Assembly: GCA_002269645.1 (NCBI GenBank) | Contig: NIVC01000420.1 | Span: 1-64,000 of the forward strand | DNA length: 64,000 bases | DNA from: Macrostomum lignano | Lineage: Eukaryota | Reading direction: 5' to 3' | Shown here: positions 36,487 through 48,627 of the stretch, piece after piece | How positions within the stretch are numbered: the first letter of the stretch is position 1 | Layout: each line of letters starts with the position of its first letter | Program-made: the position numbers and the translations under genes | Notes under the pieces: generated by a model | The model's input: only the letters and a program-made list of their open reading frames with translations | Database searches by the model: none | Told to the model about the DNA's origin: nothing

Positions 36487-39400
36487 ATGGGCAGCTCAAG
36501 CAGCCAGCTGAAGCGTTCCAGTTCGATGTCTTCACGTCACAAATCCCGAACGTCAGTTTCTAGAACGTCATCATTGAATAATCGGCAGATGTCACTCACG
36601 TCCGCCGCCAGACCTGCACAAGCAGCCGCGTCTCGTCGGCCGCCTCCAAACGCCTGTTGGTCCGGCGACGCTCTCGACTCTTTGCCGAAACAAAAAGTCG
36701 CAGATACGACACAGGAACTACGTCATGTGATCGAAGAATTTCGGTCTAACTGGACTCTATTCAACGCTAATATGCTAGAAGACCCCAATTCGGCTGGCAA
36801 ACTTCTTCTACGCTTTGTCAAGCCGTCAAGGAAGAATCTGGGGCCAAGGCTTTTAGATTTGCCTCATGCAGATGCCAAACGATGGAAGCACATAAAAGCC
36901 AATCTAAATAGACTTCGCTCGAATGTCACGTACAAGGATATTGAGCTTGCCATACACTCCTTCGGCAATCTAGACCACTTTCACCGACCAAAGTTGGATG
37001 TGCTGCATCATTTACTTAATAACCATTGGCCTCGGGAGAAAGTAGAAAGATTCTACCGGCATATTCTACCTGGAATGATACGTCTGGCACTCTCTCTGCC
37101 GGAACTTTTACCTGAGCAGATTCCGTTGTTAAGCCGCGGTCGACAAGCTGGTTGTCGTCCGTTGAGTTTTACTCAGCAGCAAGTTGCCTGTCTGCTCACT
37201 CACGCTTTTTTTTGCACTTTTGTGTTCCAAGGCGGTCAATATCCGAGTATCAATTTCAATGGGTATGATTTTTAAATTCTATTTTATGTGCTTTATTTTA
37301 CTATTTAATTATCAGTCTTCAATATCACCTATTAAATTTAAGAATATTTGTGTCTGGCGAATATCAAAGGCCGTGCACTCGTCGGATTGAGAAGCTGAAG
37401 TGCATCCTGCACTACATGGATCGCGTTGTTACTGACGGTATGCATTGATCCGCAGTATACCGTATAAAGGTCGTCTTATGCCACGGGTGTAATTACATGT
37501 AAAATAGCAGTTTTATAGAAGTTTATCGAGCAAAACGTAAACAAAACGGGTGTGTCGTTTTACCAGTTATCCCGATTAAAAACGACAATGAGCAGAGTAC
37601 AGGCATAGCAACAAAAACTGTCAATGGAAAGTGTCACCCCGTGTCCGTGTCTGATATTTGAAGGATGGAAGCTCTAAAGCTAAGCACTTGATATTTCATT
37701 GTTTTTGTTACAACTCCAATACTTAATATCGCATTTTCAGCACCGCTAGGAGTGATCACGATCAGCCGGAAATGCCTTCGACACAGAGTTAATTGGTCGG
37801 AAAGAACTGAGCCGATGCCTGACCGATTGCACGTTTCGTCCACTGGGACAATTGAAGACACAGATGGTGGCTTCTTGGAGGTTGATTTTGCAAACAAATT
37901 TCTTGGCGGAGGAGCTCTTGGACACGGATTGGTGCAGGAAGAGATCAGATTTATGATTAGTCCCGAGCTAATAGTGACTAGACTAGTTACTGAGTGCCTC
38001 GATGACAACGAAGCCCTACTAATTGAGGGGTTCGAGAGATTCAGCGACTACTCGGGCTATGCCGACTCTTTCAGGTGGATCAGCAACCACAAAGATTCAC
38101 GACCGGTTGGTGTAGACAGGCGGCGTTTATCGCAGCTGGTTGCCATGGATGCGGTGTGTTTCCGAAGCTGGATTGAGCAGTTCAGTGTCTATAACATTGA
38201 ACGAGAGCTTCACAAAGCTTTGGTCGCATTCGGCGATGTAAAAGACAATAAGAGCGGTGCGCAGCAACATGGCGCAGTTGCCACTGGCAACTGGGGTTGT
38301 GGCGCGTTCAAGGGTGATGTCAGGCTGAAATTTCTCATCCAGTTGATGGCATGCTCACTCGCCAGGCGGCCTGTGGCGTACTTCACATTCGGGGATCAGC
38401 CACTTCAGCAGCGCCTCGTGGAGATGCATCAGTTCCTCATAAATAATAATGTTACAGTGGGTGGCGTCTACAACGCTCTGCTTGCCTACGTAGCTGAACT
38501 AAATGCAGGGTCCCATCGTGCTCGACGCCAAGAAATGACTGCGCAGTCTGCGCCAGACTTATTTCGTTTTGTGCTCAATTATGTCCAATCGACGCGTGGT
38601 CCTTCTTTTTACGATCCAGCTGCGAATTCCAATGTTCCTTACCCGTCTACCAATGGGAAGCATCCAGAACGCATAGCGGAAACTGATCAAAGCGGTGAGC
38701 GACAGAATTGGCAACAGTCAACGGAGACATCAGGACAGCAGCGGACAGACCCCGGAGAGAATGTCAGCACACATGGTGCACCAGCTGGACAAAGCTTTGA
38801 CCATCAGAATCGGCAACAGCCAACGGAGATGTCACGACAGCAGCGGACGGACCCCGGAGCGAATGTCAGCACACATGGTGCACCAGCTGAACAAAGCTTT
38901 GGGCATCAGAATCGGCAACAGCCAACGGAGATGTCACGACAGCAGCGGACGGACCCCGGAGCGAATGTCAGCACACATGGTGCACCAGCTGAACAAAGCT
39001 TTGGGCATCAGAATCGGCAACAGCCAACGGAGATGGCAGGACAGCAGACTGACCCGAGAGCGAACGTCAGGACACAGGGTGCACCAGCTGGACAAAGCGT
39101 TAGACAACACAATCAGAAAAATAAGAAGGCTAGTAAGTCAAATGGGAAGAAGAGAGGCAATGCGGAGAGTCAATCTGAAGCATCTGTTGGCTGTTTCGGC
39201 AAATCTAAACAAACAAATGTTCGTCGTAGTGTTTCTCCAAAAAAACCTGGAAAAGGTAATTGCTTAGTTGATTTTTGCATTTATTTTTATGGATTAATTT
39301 AGTTATCAATGTGATCAATTCTCATTTTTAGCCATCTTTGCCTAAAATATAGATTTTAGCGCTCAGTTAAAGAAGTTTTCTGTACCATTCAAGAATCTCT

Positions 39401-39823
39401 TCTCTGTATTGGTTTTTTCCGTCTGTTACCATGTTGATATGGCAAAAACTGTTTTTGCATTAAACTAAAGTATTTTCACGCCCAGTTAAAGAAAAATTTG
39501 CTGCCTAAGACACAGAGTTTTTTACGAGCTAACTGCTGTAACAATTGGTCTGTTCAGAAAGATAAAAAAATAATGCTCTGCTTTGAGTGCTCAAGAACGC
39601 TAAAAACTATATTAACTCAAGTACAGGTGAACTCAAAGCTCATATATAAATCTAAACATAATCTTAACATTTATGTTTTTTAGATCGGCCGTCGTCGATT
39701 CGAGAATCGGGTAGATCAAATCCAAGCGATCGAAGATCAACAGAGGGGGAAAATGCCAATCTGGTTTCAAGTAATACGAATTCTGCAGCCAGGATAGCAA
39801 GGCGTATGGTTGAAGCAAATTAA
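36487..39823 (+). CDS. PARG: PARG-B1, 4 exons
   Basis: Exons 36487-37262, 37343-37437, 37741-39255, 39684-39823 (phases 2,1,1; exon 2 is 95 nt as in PARG-A). DFANKFLGGGALGHGLVQEEIRF, YSGYA, GNWGCGAFKGD; starts MGSSSS. Confidence 0.93.
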
Positions 39824-40891
39824 AATAGAACTCTGCTTATGTTACAGATGTGTAGTCTTCACTCGAGTTATTAAATGTTATTAATTCAAATTATTAAATG
39901 TGATTTTACGAGCTGAACACAAAGACCAACAGTAACTTTTTCAGGAACAAACGTGCAGAGTTGTTTGTTTTTTATTCAATTTGAAAGATGAATCGATTCT
40001 GTAAGTTCAACTTCTCTTGCCGTTTTTACGGAATTGTTTTTCAACTTTGCTCAACTTTTTGCTGTCTCAATATATCCAAGCTGTTTTATTGGGTCACGGA
40101 GTTTTAAGTACGTGATCTGGGAGTGGAAACTGACGCTTGTGAAGTTTAAATCCCAATCAATACACAATAGAGTACACACTATCTGACGATAAGACATATT
40201 CGGGGTGCTCCGGGCTCAGCTGTGTGGTCATGCTTGAGTACGAGTACCTTCTCGCTTGGCTGACTAGCACTCATACCGCCCTAAAAATAACTAAAAAACT
40301 TGTGATATCTGTGATCCTTTTGGCAGTCAGTTTCTATTCCAGAGTTTTGTTCCTTGGTACTTCGGGACTGCGTTGCACTGCCACACTTACTTGTCGCTTT
40401 CAGACAGACCGCGATTCTGCCTCGCTAGAATTTTACTGATGCCGCTGTTCAGATTCTGGATGCCCGGCATAAAGTATTCCAAATCGTTTATCCCAATGTG
40501 TCTTGTCTTTTGGAAAGCCTTACATTTTTTAACTTCTCAACCAATTGCTATTACAGATTTTTGTACAACATTTCCTTGCTTCAAGGACCAATTTTTGATA
40601 CGTTTTCTTATTACGAAGCTATACATGTGAAAAAAATCTTTGAAACATTCCTTTTGCTTTTTAAAAGTACTTTTGTGCTAATTTTTAAAAAATGTAATTA
40701 AAAATTAAACTAACTCTGCAGATTGTTTTTTGTTTAAATGTTTTTAAGTAATGCTTACTTCACACTATTAAAGTTCAAATTGAACTATTTTTAACTTTGA
40801 ATTTCTTAAAATGTGTTTTTGAATTTCAAATACGGGTTGAGTTTTTTCCCATTATCTTATCAAATAATTTTTTTAATAATTTTTTAATACT

Positions 40892-41235
40892 GTCTCACAT
40901 GATGTCTCACGTGATCACAGAGAATGTCTCGCATGATCACAGAGCATGTCTCGCATGATCACAGAGCATGTCTCGCATGATCACAGAGAATGTCTCACAT
41001 GATCACAGAGAATGTCTCACATGATCACAGAGAATGTCTCACATGATCACAGAGAATGTCTCACATGATCACAGAGAATGTCTCACATGATCACAGAGAA
41101 TGTCTCACATGATCACAGAGCATGTCTCACATGATCACAGAGAATGTCTCACATGATCATAGAGAATGTCTCACATGATCACAGAGAATGTCTCACATGA
41201 TCATAGAGAATGTCTCACATGATCACAGAGAATGT
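40892..41235. repeat. 22-bp minisatellite (ATGTCTCACATGATCACAGAGA) downstream of PARG-B1
   Basis: Tandem copies; paralogous array at 47412-47845. Confidence 0.95.
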
Positions 41236-41249
41236 ATCACGTGAACCCA

Positions 41250-41900
41250 TCCGCTCTTAGTTTGATCATTGCAGTATACTCTTGTTATACGTTTCTCGTA
41301 GTATTTTTTTGCAAAATTGTTTCTTTCCAGACTGTAATCGTCAGACAGACACTGCAGAGCCATGCAACAGATGGTTGGAGATGTGTTGAATGTTTAACTA
41401 TTTTAGCCATCGCTAAAAAGGTAAATTATTTGGATTTCAATGCAATTCAATTGTTTAGTAGTAAACCTGAAAATTGCAAGTAGATCGCATAACCTATGCA
41501 ATGCATTGCAGAGCCATATTTTGCATATGCTGTCCGATTTCACGGTCGATGAAAACATTTTTTACTTTTTACAGGTGCAAAAAGCAGTGAGTCAAGCAGA
41601 TCGGCCGGAGCTGGGCCGCGGGCGCCATCCCGGTGGGCTGCGCAGGGCAACTCCGTAGCCTGATCTAAAAAATAAAAAGGCCATCCTGAGAAAGCTGAAA
41701 TAGAAAAAAGAAGTGATTACCTATGTTCTCCGCATCTGGAATTATTGTTAACGTTTTCTTTAAAGTTTAGTAGAATTCTTCTTAAATCTGGTTTCAAGCC
41801 TAACGGCTTTTTAAATATAACAAAGTTTGAATAGCAAAAAACTTAAAATAACGAGGACATAGACGCGGTTAATCCATGGGTGTTTATAAAACTAAAAAAC
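41250..41900 (+). pseudogene. Relic of a PARG-A-type gene with the catalytic exon deleted
   Basis: Homologous in order to PARG-A intron 1, exon 2 (41331-41420, in-frame TAA), intron 2 and the first 8 nt of exon 3 (AGCCATAT), fused directly to intron 3 sequence, then the last exon (41575 onward) and 3' UTR. Confidence 0.85.
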
Positions 41901-42736
41901 GTATTTTAAGCATCTCAGAGGCTGTCTTTTTACAGTAGGTTACGTAATGCAACCTCTAAAACGAGGTTGTTGACGATGACATGATAATTTTGAGCCTTAC
42001 CTGGTATCTTTATTTTGCCACTGTTATTCAGTTTCTAAAGCTATTCATTGTATCAGTGACGGGATATGCTCGAATAATCCGATACGGATTTTCGATTGAA
42101 GATGTCTAACTTTTCAGATACGGTCATATGATGAATCTTGCGATACAAAATGCATTTGTCAAATTGAATTCCACGTTCGAATGAGGTTCTGTATAATTAG
42201 GTTATAAATGTACATTTTGCTCGCACGCTGGGATAGATTTTCCTAAGGTAGCGTGTCATTGATAAAAATATTTTCTTGCGGTTTTAAGTTATTTTTGTCG
42301 GTGTTTTCACTTAGGGATCTACAGTTGTAAATAGAAACAGTAATCCTATTTTTTGACTTGCGAATATCTCTAGAATAACCAGAGATATTAAATTAAATAA
42401 CCAGAGATATATAACGTCGATTTTAAATTTTAAATTTTAAAGTTTAGATTTTAAATTCTTTCGATGTTAAGAATTTATTATTATTGAACTTGTTGATTTT
42501 ACTTGCATTGAGCGCTTAAATCTATATTTAGACTTTCTGTTCAATTGTCTAAAACAATTAACTGCACATGCCCAAGAAATCTCATACTCGTATTTCAACT
42601 TTTGCATCACATTTTAATGCTGCAACGATTCTGTTTCTTTCAGCAGTAAAACCTCGGAACTGAGGCTTAGCGATTCTGTAAGCAAAATATTTTGGTTATT
42701 TCATCTTCAGCTGCAAAAAGCGGTTATTTTATCTCA

Positions 42737-45700
42737 ATGGGCAGCTCAAGCAGCCAGCTGAAGCGTTCCAGTTCGATGTCTTCACGTCACAAATCCCGAA
42801 CGTCAGTTTCTAGAGAGTTATCATTGAATAATCGGCAGATGTCACTCACGTCCGCTGCAAGACCTGCACAAGCAGCCGCGTCTCGTCGGCCGCCTCCAAA
42901 CGCCTGTTGGTCCGGCGACGCTCTCGACTCTTTGCCGAAACAAAAAGTCGCAGCTACGACACCGGAATTACGTAATGTGATCGAAGAATTTCGGTCTAAC
43001 TGGACTCTATTCAACGCTAATATGCTAGAAGACCCCAATTCGGCTGGCAAACTTCTCCGGCCGCGCCTTGTCAAGAAGATGGAGCCAAGGCTTTTGGATT
43101 TGCCTCATGCAGATGCCAGACGATGGAAGCACGTAAAAGCCAATCTAAATAAACTTCGCTCGAATGTCACGTCCGAGGATATTGAGCTTGCCATATATTC
43201 CTTTGGCAATCTAGACCACTTTCACCGACCAAAGTTGGATGTGCTGCATCATTTACTTAATAACCATTGGCCTCGGGAGAAAGTAGAAAGATTCTACCGG
43301 CATATTCTACCTAGAATGATACGTCTGGCACTCTCTCTGCCGGAAATTTTACCTGAGCAGATTCCGTTGTTAAGCCGCGGTCGACAAGCTGGTTGTCGTC
43401 CGTTGAGCTTCACTCAGCAGCAAGTTGCCAGTCTGCTCACTCACGCTTTTTTTTGCACTTTCGTGTACCAAGGCGGTCAATATCCAACTATCAATTTCAA
43501 TGGGTATGATTTTTAATTTCTTTTTTTATGTGATTAATTTTACTATTTAATTATCAAGTCTTTAATATCACCTATTAAATTTAAGAATATTTGTGTCTGG
43601 CGAATATCAAAGGCCGTGCACTCGTCGGATTGAGAAGCTGAAGTGCATCCTGCACTACATGGATCGCGTTGTTACTGACGGTATGCATTGATCCGCAGTA
43701 TACCGTATAAAGGTCGTCTTATGCCATGGGTTTAGTTGACGAATGTACGTGTAAAATAGCTGTTTAACAGTAGGAATACCAAGCCATTTTTCCGCCCGTC
43801 GAACTACCAAGAGGGGGGGGGAATCCCCCCCTGACAATTTTTTTGCTGCGCAGGAACGGAGCAACGCAGGCACACGAAATTCAAGAACACGGGCTGACTT
43901 TTTGTTGTGCACCTTCTCAAACAAGAATCAAGTCGCCAGTCCTCCGGACCGTCGAAATATTCGACGATTCTGCCAGAAAGTCTGATTTTTCCCATAAGCG
44001 CTAGTGTATTCAGTACACCCCTGTGCGCCAATTAGCACTGCGCCTCAGTGCAGCCTTGCCAAGTCTCCAAATTTCATCAGCACGTCGACCACATGTGTCT
44101 GCATCAGCTCTGACTTCGTTGGTCACTAGCCTTCACCCAGGTGGAGCTTCTGGACCCTCAACAGCTGTGGCACCAGGTGACTATGGACACCCTGATGCGG
44201 ATTTCTCTAGTTTCGCCGATCAAGCCTCGACAGTGGGCAAGAATCAACCGTCAGACATTCTCAGCTAGTCTCTCAAGCATTCCGTCATCATCCCGACGCC
44301 GTCGGCAAAAAATTGTCAGGGGGGGGAATTTCCCCCCCCCCTCTTGGTAGTTCTACTGTTAATGAGAAATGGGGGTGTCGTTGTTACTAGCTATTTAAAT
44401 TGTTAACAAATACAATAAGCTAAGACGCAAAAGTACAGACAAGAAGAAAAATTGTCGGTAGGGAAGTGCCGCGCGAGTGTGTCTATCTAGAACCTCTATA
44501 GGAGGATAGGACCTACATGTATAAAGCTACGAGTGTAAGCACGATATTTCATTGTTTTTTTTACAACTCCAATACTTAATATCGCATTTTCAGCACCGCT
44601 AGGAGTGATCACAATCAGCCGGAAATGCCTTCGACACGGAGTTAATTGGTCGGAGAGAACTGAGCCGATGCCTGACCGATTGCACGTTTCGTCCACTGGG
44701 ACAATTGAAGACACAGGTGGTGGCTTCTTGGAGGTTGATTTTGCAAACAAATTTCTTGGCGGAGGAGCTCTTGGACACGGATTGATGCAGCAGGAGATCA
44801 GATTTATGATTAGTCCTGAGCTAATAGTGACTAGACTAGTTACCGAGTGCCTCGATGACAATGAAGCCCTACTAATTGAGGGGTTCGAGAGATTCAGCGA
44901 CTACTCGGGCTATGCAGACTCTTTCAGGTGGATCGGCGATCACAAAGATTCACGACCGGTTGGTTTGGACAGACGGCGTTCATCGCACCTGGTTGCCATG
45001 GATGCGGTGTGTTTCCGAAGCTGGATTGAGCAGTTCAGTGTCTATAACATTGAACGAGAGCTCCACAAAGCTTTGGTAGCGTTCGGCGATGTAAAAGACA
45101 ATAAGAGTGGTGCGCAGCAACATGGCGCAGTTGCCACTGGCAACTGGGGTTGTGGCGCGTTCAAGGGTGATGTCAGGCTGAAATTTCTCATCCAGTTGAT
45201 GGCATGCTCACTCGCCAGGCGGCCTGTGGCGTACTTCACATTCGGGGATCAGCCACTTCAAAAGCGCCTCGTGGAGATGCATCAGTTCCTCATAAATAAT
45301 AATGTTACAGTGGGTGGCGTCTACAACGCTCTGATTGCCTACGCAGATGAACTAACACTAACTGTAAGGTCCCATCATACTCGACGCCAAGAAATGACTG
45401 CCCAGTCTGCGCCAGACTTGTTTCAATTTGTGATCTATTACGTCCAATCAACGCGCGGTCCTTCTTTTTACGATCCAGCTGCGAATTCCAATGTTCCAAT
45501 GCTGTCGACCAATGGGAAGCATCCAGAACGCATAGCGAAAACTGGTCAAAGTGGTGAGCGACAGAATTGGCAAAAGTCAGCAAAGATGTCAGGACAGTGG
45601 ATACCCAGAGCAAGTGTCAGCACACATGATGCACCAGCTGGACAAAGCGGTGAGCATCAGAATCGGCAACAGCCAACGGAGATTTCAGGACAGCAGACTG

Positions 45701-46475
45701 ACCCGAGAGCGAACGTCAAGACACATGGTGCACCAGCTGGACAAAGCGTTAGACAACACAATCAGAAAAATAAGAAGGCTAGTAAGTCAAATGGGAAGAA
45801 GAGAGGCAATGCAGAGAGTCAATCTGAAGCATCTGTTGGCTGTTTCGGCAAATCTAAACAAACAAATGTTCGTCGTAGTGTTTCTCCAAAAAAACCTGGA
45901 AAAGGTAATTGCTTAGTTGATTTTTGCATTTATTTTTATGGATTAATTTAGTTATCAATGTGATCAATTCTCATTTTTAGCCATCTTTGCCTAAAATATA
46001 GGTTGTAGCACTCAGTTAAAGAAATTTTCTGTTCCATTTACGAATCTCTGTATTGGTTTTTTCCGTCTGTTACCATGCTGATATGGCGAAAAAAGTTTTC
46101 AACTAAAGAATTTTCACGCCCAGTTGAAGAAAAATTTACTGCCTAAGACAGATTTAACTGCTGTAACAATTGGTCTGTTCAGAAAGATTAAAAAATAATG
46201 CTCTGCTTTGAGTGCTCAAGAACGCTAAAAACTATATTAACTCAAGTACAGGTGAACTCAAAGCTCATATATAAATCTAAACATAATCTTAACATTTATG
46301 TTTTTTAGATCGGCCGTCGTCGATTCGAGAATCGGGTAGATCAAATCCAAGCGATCGAAGATCAACAGAGGGGGAAAATGCCAATCTGGTTTCAAGTAAT
46401 ACGAATTCTGCAGCCAGGAGAAGAAGGCGTAAGGTTGAAGCAAATAAGAACTCTGCTTATGTTACAGATGTGTAG
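42737..46475 (+). CDS. PARG: PARG-B2, recent paralogue of B1 with QQE in place of QEE, 4 exons
   Basis: Exons 42737-43503, 43586-43680, 44594-45904, 46309-46475; near-identical to B1; signature reads GGGALGHGLMQQEIRF. Confidence 0.92.
43768..44358. mobile_element. Non-autonomous TIR element flanked by TTAA, in PARG-B2 intron 2
   Basis: TTAA|CAGTAG...CTACTG|TTAA; long subterminal inverted repeats (GAACTACCAAGAGGGGG...CCCCCTGACAATTTTT); missing from the homologous B1 intron (303 vs 913 bp). Confidence 0.85.
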
Positions 46476-47411
46476 TCTTCACTCGAGTTATTAAATGTTA
46501 TTAATTCAAATTATTAAATGTGATTTTACAAACTGAACACAAAGACCAACAGTAACTTTTTCAGGAACAAACGTGCAGAGTTGTTTGTTTTTTATTCAAT
46601 TTGAAAGACGAATCGATTCTGTAAGTTCAACTTTTCGATAGTTTATGCCAAAAAAGATATATAACTTCTCTTGCCGTTTTGGCGGAATTGTTTCTCAACT
46701 TTGCTCAACTTTTTGCTGTCTTAATATATCCAAGCTGTTTTATTGAGTCACGGAGTTTTAAGTAAATGATCTGGGGTGGAAACTGACGCTTGTGAAGTTT
46801 AAATTCTAATAAAGAGAGAGTAAAAACTATCTGACGATAAGATTTACAAAATTCAGGTGCTCCGGGCTCAGCGGTGTGGTCATGCTTGAGTACCTTATTG
46901 CTGGCTATAACACTCACACCGTAAAAAAACTAATTAAAAAATAACAAAAAATAACATGTGACATCTGTGATCCTTTTCATCAGTTTCGGGACTGCCATTT
47001 ACTTGTCGCTTACAGACAGACCGATTGTGCCCCGCTATTAATTTTACTGATGCCGCTGTTCAGATGCTGGATGCCGGCCATAAAGTATTCCAACTCGTTT
47101 ATCCCGATGTGATTTTTCTTTTGGAAGGCCTAATTTTTTTAAGTTTTTAGCCAATTTGCTAATGCAGATTTTTGTATAACATTTTCTTGCTTCAACGACC
47201 AATTTTGATAAGTTCTCTTATTACCAAGTTATACATGTAAAAAATCTTTGAGACATTCCCTTTGTTTTTTTAAAGTGCTTTCGTGTTAATTGTAAAAAGT
47301 TGTAACTAAAATAACCCTACTTTTTTAAGATAAAAATTTATCTGTTTTTCTACCAAGCATTTTGTGACTCGTCTTCTTCAATTTCAAAAACATGAAATTC
47401 AAGAAAAACAA

Positions 47412-47845
47412 TGATGTCTCACATGATCACAAAATATGTCTCACATGATCACAAAATATGTCTCGCATGATCACAAAGTATGTCTCACATGATCACAAAG
47501 GATGTCTCACATGATCACAAAAGATGTCTCACATGATCACAAAATATGTCTCACATGATCACAAAATATGTCTCGCATGATACAAAAGATGTCTCACATG
47601 ATCACAAAATATGTCTCACATGATCACAAAGTATGTCTCACATGATCACAAAAGATTCTCACATGATTACAAAAGATGTCTCACATGATCACAAAGTATG
47701 TCCCACAATGTCACAAAAGATGTCTCACATGATCACAAAAGATGTCTCACATGATCACAAAAGATGTCTCACATGATCACAAAAGATGTCTCACATGATC
47801 ACAAAAGATGTCTCACATGACCACAGAGAATTTCTCACATGATCT
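47412..47845. repeat. 22-bp minisatellite (ATGTCTCACATGATCACAAAAG) downstream of PARG-B2
   Basis: Same family as 40892-41235 with different diagnostic bases. Confidence 0.95.
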
Positions 47846-48069
47846 GTCTGACATGAACCCAGACGATGTTTCATAGATCCCTTAGGACGTTTCACGTGTA
47901 CCCAGAGAATTTCTTTTATGATTCAAAAGAATGTCTCTCTTAGAGCTCTTTGGCCTGTTCAAATTGTATTGCAAGTGTATTTGTTCAGAAATTTGAGGTT
48001 TCTTTACCCCATCTTTCAGTTCAGCCTAAAGGCAATCTACCTCAGTCTCCAGGGCTCTCGCAGACAAAG

Positions 48070-48627
48070 ATGACGGGCAAACGGCAGCAGCCCGACCCGT
48101 TTGACTATCCGTCTTCTCTAGCATTCGGCATTATTGTTGGCTACGCGTTGGCTCTACTATTCGCGGTAATCATTGCTGCAATTCGACGCAAAAACTGCTG
48201 CAAAATTGTCGGTCCTAGCAGCGACAACTACCACTTGGTCCGCTTGGAGAGAACCGAGGTGGAACCGCTAACCTCGACGCCCGGTCGTGAAGTAGAGAGC
48301 AACACTGACTCACCAACCAGAGTTGCTAACATCGCTGTCGCCCAGACAACAGAGCCTACGGTCGCGAATGCAGATATTGTCACGGTAGAACTCGCACTCA
48401 CTGGGTCAGAAACGGAGCGAGAAACTACAGCGGCAGCTGAGCCTGACGAAGTTGAAACAGAAGATGAAGTTAAAAGGCTGCGTCGCCTGACGAAGCAGCT
48501 GGACGCCATTTTGGACGAGTTCAACGCTGATGAGACAGACGACCGAATAGTGCTCGAACTCGCGCAGGAGATCGTGTCTACAGCTATACGTCAAGCTGTT
48601 GAAATTTGTCACGCCGAAAGCAATTAG
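48070..48627 (+). CDS. Orphan single-pass membrane protein with C-terminal AKAP-like amphipathic helix (upstream exon possible)
   Basis: TM segment LAFGIIVGYALALLFAVIIAAI followed by RRKNCC, an acidic tail, and IVLELAQEIVSTAIRQAVE near the C-terminus. Confidence 0.7.
   Translation: MTGKRQQPDPFDYPSSLAFGIIVGYALALLFAVIIAAIRRKNCCKIVGPSSDNYHLVRLERTEVEPLTSTPGREVESNTDSPTRVANIAVAQTTEPTVANADIVTVELALTGSETERETTAAAEPDEVETEDEVKRLRRLTKQLDAILDEFNADETDDRIVLELAQEIVSTAIRQAVEICHAESN

Noticed and set aside
44023-44350. Short ORFs within the TTAA-flanked element
   Set aside because: No transposase motifs; element treated as non-autonomous.
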